Shown: one piece after another, positions 1-5,254 of the stretch
Position numbering within the stretch: position 1 is the stretch's first letter
How the letters are laid out: each line of letters opens with the position of its first letter
From: a virus
Taxonomy: Duplodnaviria; Caudoviricetes
Strand: one strand, 5' to 3'
DNA: 64,000 nucleotides
Virus record (IMG/VR): IMGVR_UViG_3300025316_001101
Made by a program: the position numbers and the translations under genes
Notes under the pieces: generated by a model
What the model saw: the letters and a program-made list of their open reading frames with translations, nothing else
Database searches by the model: none
Told to the model about the DNA's origin: nothing

Positions 1-1
1 T

Positions 2-334
2 ACAAAAAGCACATGTAATTGTCTTAGGATACATCTTTCTGTTTAACACCATCCGCTCTGATCGTAGTTCTTGATCTAATTCCCAATGCAATTCTTGATG
101 ACACGTAGCACACAACAATAAACACTTATCCACTTCTGCTTTTTGTTTTTCAAAGGACAATGATTGACTGCTAATCCCAAAGTCTTTTTGTTCTGGGTCT
201 TTGTGGTGGAAATGATATGCGGGCGGAATTCTTTTGTTATACCCACATGTCTCACACTTGCCGCCTTTGTAATCCACTAGTTTTAACTTTGTCCTATTTC
301 TCCAATTCATTACTGCCATAGATCTTTTATTCAT
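2..334 (-). CDS. HNH endonuclease (partial, runs off left edge)
   Basis: Manual translation MNKRSMAVMNWRNRTKLKLVDYKGGKCETCGY...HFHHKDP...LCATCHQELH; CxxC and HNH-like motifs; not in ORF track because truncated. Confidence 0.75.
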   Translation of the reverse strand, partial: MNKRSMAVMNWRNRTKLKLVDYKGGKCETCGYNKRIPPAYHFHHKDPEQKDFGISSQSLSFEKQKAEVDKCLLLCATCHQELHWELDQELRSERMVLNRKMYPKTITCAFC

Positions 335-390
335 ACCCACACTCCTTATATTAACAACCATTGTAATATATAGGAGTGTAGGTTCAAAAT

Positions 391-422
391 AAAAAGCCCA
401 CGGAATAAATTCCGTGGGCTTT
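391..422 (-). terminator. Rho-independent terminator closing tRNA cluster 1
   Basis: Stem AAAGCCCACGGAA/TTCCGTGGGCTTT followed by U-tract on minus strand. Confidence 0.8.
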
Positions 423-424
423 AG

Positions 425-495
425 CTAGTCCCGGAGGATTTGAACCTCCACTAAGACAGTCAAAGTGTCTTGTGCTACCGTTACACTAGGGACTA
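425..495 (-). tRNA. tRNA-Gln(TTG)
   Basis: Cloverleaf; anticodon arm AGACA-CTTTGAC-TGTCT; T-loop TTCAAAT. Confidence 0.9.
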
Positions 496-499
496 AAAG

Positions 500-584
500 C
501 TGTAGGGGTCAGAATCGAACTGACGTAGGCTTCCGCCACACGTGATTAACAGTCACGCCGAAGTACCAACACTTCATCCCTACA
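500..584 (-). tRNA. tRNA-Asn(GTT) with long variable arm
   Basis: Acceptor TGTAGGG/CCCTACA, G73; CGTGA-CTGTTAA-TCACG; 16-nt variable arm TGTGGCGGAAGCCTAC. Confidence 0.85.
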
Positions 585-589
585 ATAAG

Positions 590-664
590 CGCCCTCGGTG
601 GGATTCGAACCCACGACCTTTAGCTTCGGAGGCTAACGCTCTCATTCCACTGAGCTACAAGGGC
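590..664 (-). tRNA. tRNA-Arg(CCG)
   Basis: TTAGC-CTCCGAA-GCTAA anticodon arm; canonical D and T arms. Confidence 0.95.
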
Positions 665-749
665 CAGCCGGATGCTCTACCATTGAGCCACACTGGAATG
701 AATAAAAAAGCTCCAGCGGAAGGACTCGAACCTTCAACTGTCCGGTTAA
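665..749 (-). tRNA. Circularly permuted tRNA-Asn(GTT): 3' half (749-711) precedes 5' half (697-665)
   Basis: Halves complement each other: acceptor TCCAGTG/CGCTGGA+G73, anticodon stem TCCGG/CCGGA, loop CTG|TTAA; 13-nt spacer CTTTTTTATTCAT. Confidence 0.7.
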
Positions 750-750
750 G

Positions 751-823
751 TACGCCCTCGGGGAGTCGAACCCCGAACCTCGACATTAAGAGTGTCTTGC
801 TCTGCCAATTGAGCTAAGGACGC
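751..823 (-). tRNA. tRNA-Lys(CTT)
   Basis: GACA-CTCTTAA-TGTC; acceptor GCGTCCT/AGGGCGT, A73. Confidence 0.9.
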
Positions 824-839
824 ATATAAATTTTTCAAG

Positions 840-912
840 CTATCCCGCAAGGTAACGCTCCTTGTCCCTCAGATTCAAATTCTGATGTGCAAAACTTCTA
901 CACCACGGGATA
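840..912 (-). tRNA. tRNA-Gln(TTG), atypical T-loop
   Basis: TCAGA-ATTTGAA-TCTGA; acceptor TATCCCG/CGGGATA; T-loop AGCGTTA. Confidence 0.8.
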
Positions 913-921
913 TCATTCAAG

Positions 922-994
922 CTGGGCAACTACGATTTGCACGTAGCACTCTAAGTTCAGAGCTTAGTGTGATTGCTGAATTCACCATTGCCCA
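922..994 (-). tRNA. tRNA-Gln(CTG)
   Basis: CTAAG-CTCTGAA-CTTAG; acceptor TGGGCAA/TTGCCCA. Confidence 0.85.
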
Positions 995-1009
995 ATATAT
1001 TTTTTCAAG

Positions 1010-1136
1010 CTGCCGAGAGTCGATTCGAACGACTTCCTTTTGATTAACAGTCAATTGATGTAGTTCCAACTGCATGCGTTGCCGCCAAGGGTCGCTGAAA
1101 CTTTCATTTTTTATGCTACCATTACACCACTCGGCA
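1010..1136 (-). tRNA. tRNA-Asn(GTT)-like RNA with ~55-nt Y-RNA (Ro-binding)-type module between D arm and anticodon arm
   Basis: Acceptor TGCCGAG/CTCGGCA G73, D arm, TTGA-CTGTTAA-TCAA and T arm all present; insert shares GTTTCAGCG..CCTTG and ATGYAGTTGGAACTACATC with the YrlA-like unit at 33937-34065. Confidence 0.7.
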
Positions 1137-1154
1137 ATGTTTATTTCAATCCTT

Positions 1155-1352
1155 TCATGGTCCCACCTCGATTACCAAAGCAGTTCCATTGTGCTTAACA
1201 GATTCAACACAAAGTTCTTCGGGATGACCCCACACATCAAGTTCACCTTCGTGAACTTGATGTGTGCCGATTACTTCGGTGCCATCGGGCACATCGGCAA
1301 TCAAAGCTCGTAATTCTTCAACCTTCATTTCTTCACCTTCTTCTTGTACCAT
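1155..1352 (-). CDS. Hypothetical protein (65 aa)
   Basis: ORF track; acidic, coupled to upstream ORF. Confidence 0.6.
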   Translation of the reverse strand: MVQEEGEEMKVEELRALIADVPDGTEVIGTHQVHEGELDVWGHPEELCVESVKHNGTALVIEVGP

Positions 1353-1519
1353 TCTTTAGGTTTATGGGGCGGGAGCATAAAAACTCTCTCGCCCGTTGGC
1401 TGCACTACAACACGTACTACAAACCTACGACCGCATGTGGGGCAACGCACTCTTGTAGGGCGTTTAGCCGCACCGGCCGGAATTAGCGGTTTGTTGTCGA
1501 AACTACATGTGGCGTTCAT
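1325..1519 (-). CDS. Small zinc-ribbon-like protein
   Basis: CPTCGRRF motif; start at MNATC. Confidence 0.55.
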   Translation of the reverse strand: MNATCSFDNKPLIPAGAAKRPTRVRCPTCGRRFVVRVVVQPTGERVFMLPPHKPKEWYKKKVKK

Positions 1520-1533
1520 GTTTTTAACTCCAA

Positions 1534-1609
1534 GTGAGACCACGGGGATTTGAACCCACGACCTACCTCGTTAAGAGCGAGGAATGCTGCCAGTAACACC
1601 TTGATCCCA
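1534..1609 (-). tRNA. tRNA-Lys(CTT)
   Basis: CCTCG-CTCTTAA-CGAGG; acceptor TGGGATC/GGTCTCA. Confidence 0.85.
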
Positions 1610-1617
1610 TTAATGTT

Positions 1618-1752
1618 TTATGCATCCCAACCATGTTCTGTCCAGCGAAACGTACCAGATCCAAAAGCGATGTGTGGAAAACACATTATTTCTTCAACCT
1701 CCTCAATTACTTCTTCAACTTCCTCAATTAGCTCATCATAATCATCTTTCAT
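1618..1752 (-). CDS. Small acidic protein (44 aa, MKDDYDELIEEVEEVIEEVEEIMCFPHIAFG...)
   Basis: Manual translation; GGAG RBS; below ORF-track cutoff. Confidence 0.5.
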   Translation of the reverse strand: MKDDYDELIEEVEEVIEEVEEIMCFPHIAFGSGTFRWTEHGWDA

Positions 1753-1765
1753 CTTTATCTCCCAA

Positions 1766-1802
1766 TAAAAAAGCCTCCCCCAGGCGTTGCCTGGGGGAGG
1801 CT
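1766..1802 (-). terminator. Intrinsic terminator (attenuator 1)
   Basis: 14-bp stem AGCCTCCCCCAGGC/GCCTGGGGGAGGCT plus U6. Confidence 0.9.
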
Positions 1803-1863
1803 CAATCTTTGTACGGAATAGACCATACCCCAGGCTGCGCCCTGGAGTTGATTTCCAGAGCGG

Positions 1864-1899
1864 TTAAGGCTTCTGATTATTCCGTTGCTTACGAGTCAT
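1864..1899 (-). CDS. Leader peptide 1 (MTRKQRNNQKP)
   Basis: GAGGA RBS 8 nt upstream; codons match downstream tRNA anticodons; lies between promoter and terminator. Confidence 0.8.
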   Translation of the reverse strand: MTRKQRNNQKP

Positions 1900-1922
1900 T
1901 GTTTTAATCCTCACTGTATCTA

Positions 1923-1954
1923 TATTATACGCTGAAATTTTCGTTTGTCAAGTC
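1923..1954 (-). promoter_or_regulatory. sigma70-type promoter (TTGACA-16-TATAAT), exact 32-bp copy at 23695-23726
   Basis: Direct sequence match to consensus and duplication. Confidence 0.85.
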
Positions 1955-2004
1955 AGAATCTTTCGAATCTACCGTATAGACGCATTGGTTCAGGAAAAGG
2001 TTCA

Positions 2005-2457
2005 CTAACTGCTCCAAATTTCGTCTGGGGCCTCGAAAAGCTTTTCAACCTCTTCCCGGCTGTTGTGCTGGGGGCAAAGGTTCCAGCATCGCATCTGAAT
2101 TTCGGCATATAACTCTGTCCATTCCCCGCAGACTTCACATTTGTGCTGAACATTCTCCCAGGCACCATTCAGGTGGAGTGCATGATCGAGGAGGTATGCC
2201 CGGTAGCAGGCTTGGGCTTCTTGGGCCGTATCGTGGCCGTCACCGTGGTGCTTGTCTTTGGTGGCCTCATTTGCTGCTCGGTAGCTTTCACTGATCCAAT
2301 TATCGTTGGGCAACTCATGATAAACCGAACAATATCCCACTGGCCATATCTGGCCATCATTCATGCAAGTATAATCGAATTTTCCATCTTTTCTTTGTCT
2401 GGCTTTGAAGTAGTTCATATTTTTCTCCCTAAATGATAAATAGTAATATGAAGACAT
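2005..2457 (-). CDS. Hypothetical protein with C-terminal CxxC..C
   Basis: ORF track; probable start at MNYFK. Confidence 0.65.
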   Translation of the reverse strand: MSSYYYLSFREKNMNYFKARQRKDGKFDYTCMNDGQIWPVGYCSVYHELPNDNWISESYRAANEATKDKHHGDGHDTAQEAQACYRAYLLDHALHLNGAWENVQHKCEVCGEWTELYAEIQMRCWNLCPQHNSREEVEKLFEAPDEIWSS

Positions 2458-3017
2458 TTCAAGAATGGTTAATCGAAGTTCATCCCGAATCCGTAGATGA
2501 AGGATTTCTTAGTAAAACTCTAGGCGGATTAGGCATGGCTGCGGCATTAGCCACTGGAAGTGGGATGTCTGCACAGGGAGCCGAACCTGTAGCCAAGCCA
2601 GCTATTGCGGCTGAGGCAGGAGCTTCATTCCATGATCCATTTACTAATCAATGGGTCACAGTCAAAGACAGTGAAACATTTTCTTGGAAAGATGGAGTGA
2701 TGGCTAAAGTGATTCCAGAAAAAGGAAATCCAAACATCATTCATGTGAAATTTTTGGTAATGGACGGTTCTCCCATAGCTCAAATTTTAGAAGACAATCC
2801 TAGCAATATGGCTCAGGTGTTTGGCGGTAGAATTAAAGCTTCTCACATGTTAGTATTACAACCGCCTCCTGGTTATATGGGCATGGTGAAGTCTGTGCAA
2901 TTTGAAGGTCGCACAGAAAAAGAAGTGAATGGCAAGCCGGGCAAGATTTATAAATTCACCAGCACATCGCAAAAAATGACGCCAAAGCAAGCGATGATGA
3001 TGCAAAGACAAAACTAA
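2448..3017 (+). CDS. Putative virion-packaged protein (N-terminus MKTFQEWLIE)
   Basis: TAAATA 5 nt upstream of ATG; resembles T4 internal-protein capsid-targeting sequence. Confidence 0.6.
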   Translation: MKTFQEWLIEVHPESVDEGFLSKTLGGLGMAAALATGSGMSAQGAEPVAKPAIAAEAGASFHDPFTNQWVTVKDSETFSWKDGVMAKVIPEKGNPNIIHVKFLVMDGSPIAQILEDNPSNMAQVFGGRIKASHMLVLQPPPGYMGMVKSVQFEGRTEKEVNGKPGKIYKFTSTSQKMTPKQAMMMQRQN

Positions 3018-3244
3018 GTTCCGGCTACTTTTTCCATATCTGCTTTGCGATCACTACTAATATCTGAGTGTGATCGTGGCGTCCAACCAGACCCCTTAAA
3101 GATAAGACCGACACCACCGCTTATAAGCCTTTGCAATTTATCCTTGCCGCATTTTGGACAAGTCTTTTCCGGTTCGGCTTTAATACTATGAAAAAATTCA
3201 TGTATTGATTTGCAATCGCTGCATTGATAATCATATGTTGGCAT
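3014..3244 (-). CDS. FmdB-family zinc-ribbon protein
   Basis: MPTYDYQCSDC...CPKCG...LIS...FKGSGW. Confidence 0.85.
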   Translation of the reverse strand: MPTYDYQCSDCKSIHEFFHSIKAEPEKTCPKCGKDKLQRLISGGVGLIFKGSGWTPRSHSDISSDRKADMEKVAGT

Positions 3245-3258
3245 GAATTAAGATAGTA

Positions 3259-3426
3259 TTATTTTGGCTTTTCAATTCCCAAGGAGGCCAAATAATCTTT
3301 AAGTTCTTTAGCCTCTTTGGGAGCCAATGCGACAATACGATCACCCAGATCTTGGATGTAATCATCAAATCCTGTAACTATTCTTGGATTTTTAGGCGGC
3401 GGAGCCTGAATCACTTGAGTTTCCAT
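3259..3426 (-). CDS. 55-aa protein resembling the N-terminal dimerisation domain of ribosomal protein bL12
   Basis: Manual translation ...IQDLGDRIVALAPKEAKELKDYLASLGIEKPK; AGGA RBS; similarity is from recall of bL12 N-termini, not from a search. Confidence 0.5.
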   Translation of the reverse strand: METQVIQAPPPKNPRIVTGFDDYIQDLGDRIVALAPKEAKELKDYLASLGIEKPK

Positions 3427-3670
3427 ATTGTTCCTTCCAATTTAGATCGGCCAGATCCTCTTGACGGGTCTGATCCTTCCAACATCTTCTTGGATTACCG
3501 CACATATAGCAAGAGCAAGATTTTAGATGATCTGCTCGTTTGGCGGCTGCGTCTTCAAATTCTTGATTTCTCGGTTCACCCAATCGCCAACTATTGTTAA
3601 GGCGATACACTCTTCGAGCCTTGGCCTTCATTCGTTGCGAATCTAATCGTCGTTCTGCTCGTTTTGACAT
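3392..3670 (-). CDS. Basic hypothetical protein with CSCxxCGNPR motif
   Basis: ORF track. Confidence 0.65.
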   Translation of the reverse strand: MSKRAERRLDSQRMKAKARRVYRLNNSWRLGEPRNQEFEDAAAKRADHLKSCSCYMCGNPRRCWKDQTRQEDLADLNWKEQYGNSSDSGSAA

Positions 3671-3750
3671 TCAATTCTCCTTCTTCTATATTTATGCATA
3701 TGATCATATTTTTTGGGGGATAATTTGGGGGCAGCATACTATATAACTAC

Positions 3751-4155
3751 ATGAAAAGAAAATGCTCTACTTGCGGAAAAGAAAAAGAACTCAATGCTGA
3801 TAATTTTAGGCCAAAACTAGATCGTCCTGGAAAATCAAGACTATCTTACTCCTGTCGCCCATGCCAACAAAAACGACAAAGAAACATGCGGCAAATAAAA
3901 AAATCTATAGTGTTTACAAAACTCTCCGAACAACTTGGTTCACTCTGCCCCATTTGTGGGTCGCCAGCGACCGCCATAGATCACAATCACCAAACAAATA
4001 AAATAAGAGGATTGTTATGCATGTCATGCAATACGGGATTGGGATGTTTTGCGGATAATATTGACAACCTACGACGTGCGATTGTTTATCTAAAAAACAA
4101 TTGTGAGTTAGGTGAATGGGAAGAAAAAACAGGCGGTAAACTGTTTTCTACCTGA
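3751..4155 (+). CDS. Endonuclease VII-family (His-Me finger) nuclease
   Basis: CPICG...IDHNH...RGLLCMSCNTGLG...AIVYL. Confidence 0.85.
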   Translation: MKRKCSTCGKEKELNADNFRPKLDRPGKSRLSYSCRPCQQKRQRNMRQIKKSIVFTKLSEQLGSLCPICGSPATAIDHNHQTNKIRGLLCMSCNTGLGCFADNIDNLRRAIVYLKNNCELGEWEEKTGGKLFST

Positions 4156-4196
4156 TCACGATTTTCTATTGTACTCCAAACCTCTCTGATTGTAAA

Positions 4197-4616
4197 CTAG
4201 TAATCGCTTCTCATAGTAAATCTGGGGGTAATGACCAATGTGCTACCATTCTGCATGTGCCTCACTTCGGAAAATGCCTCCACCCACAAAAGCTTACCGG
4301 ACGTACTTCCTACTACAAAATAACCATAAAGGTCATCTCCAGTTTCTCCCGCTAACCAATCCAATGTAGACGAATAAGTAGATTGTGCTACCCCATTTGA
4401 ATTCAAAGCTGCGTCCCCCCAACCTGATCGCAACAATGTTTTTCGCTCATACCCGGTAAAATCAGCTTCCGAATAATCATCTACTGTATCCGTCAGCATC
4501 GGGATGTTATTGTTATTGTAAAGTCGTACCGATAAAGTCTCATCATCCACCAATGCTATTTTAAGACATGTGTTTAATAAAACCAGTTGACCCTCGGTTG
4601 GAATAATTAAAGTCAT
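4197..4616 (-). CDS. Putative virion structural protein
   Basis: Beta-rich; LYNNN..DYSEADFTGY pattern typical of tail-associated proteins. Confidence 0.55.
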   Translation of the reverse strand: MTLIIPTEGQLVLLNTCLKIALVDDETLSVRLYNNNNIPMLTDTVDDYSEADFTGYERKTLLRSGWGDAALNSNGVAQSTYSSTLDWLAGETGDDLYGYFVVGSTSGKLLWVEAFSEVRHMQNGSTLVITPRFTMRSDY

Positions 4617-4669
4617 AACAACTCCTGAAAAAATCTACTAGTATCTAGTATATATCGATAGGAGAAATT

Positions 4670-4819
4670 ATGGAAACCAAAGAAGTAAAAGCCGAAACCA
4701 CAGTGCATCCCGATGGACGCATCGATGTTAACATATTGGTGCCCGGACTTACAATGCAACCAAAATTTAACTTTGGTAACCAAGAACCCTCAGAAGAGCA
4801 AAATCCCAAACAGGAATAA
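4670..4819 (+). CDS. Small hypothetical protein (49 aa)
   Basis: Manual translation METKEVKAETTVHPDGRIDVNILVPG...; GGAG RBS. Confidence 0.5.
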   Translation: METKEVKAETTVHPDGRIDVNILVPGLTMQPKFNFGNQEPSEEQNPKQE

Positions 4820-4831
4820 TAGGAGCGTATT

Positions 4832-5254
4832 ATGGCTAGTGGCGTTTATAATATTTTCAAAGCTGAAATAATGAAAGGCACTTTTGCTTTACTGACTGAT
4901 GAGATTCGAGTCGCTTTAATGACTTCTTCACACAGCTTCAATGCAACACATACTACATGGTCCAATGTTTCTACTAATGAAATAACAGGTGCCACGGCCG
5001 TAGGATATGACACCCCTGGTTTTGTACTAGCATCCGCTGCCGTTACTGTGGATGGTGGAACCAGAGGTAAATTTACCGGTGCTGGCATTACTTGGTCTAC
5101 ATCTACCATTACCGCACGACATATAGTTCTACATGATGTGACGGCTGGAAACAGACTTATTTGCAGCATAGATCTAAGTACAGACTACATTTCATCGGCT
5201 GGCAATTTCCAAATTACTTGGGATGCTTCTAATGGTATTTTAACTATTACTTAA
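4832..5254 (+). CDS. Putative tail-associated structural protein
   Basis: Thr/Gly-rich beta protein ending FQITWDASNGILTIT. Confidence 0.6.
   Translation: MASGVYNIFKAEIMKGTFALLTDEIRVALMTSSHSFNATHTTWSNVSTNEITGATAVGYDTPGFVLASAAVTVDGGTRGKFTGAGITWSTSTITARHIVLHDVTAGNRLICSIDLSTDYISSAGNFQITWDASNGILTIT

Noticed and set aside
665-750. tRNA halves as attL/attR of an integrated element
   Set aside because: The halves are in reversed order, only 13 nt apart and flanked by intact unrelated tRNAs; no integrase is seen
542-1313. Plus-strand ORFs 542-817 and 1074-1313 (likewise 20491-20803, 21548-22211, 22326-22535, 32995-33987)
   Set aside because: Antisense or overlapping shadows of tRNA and ncRNA genes with no protein features
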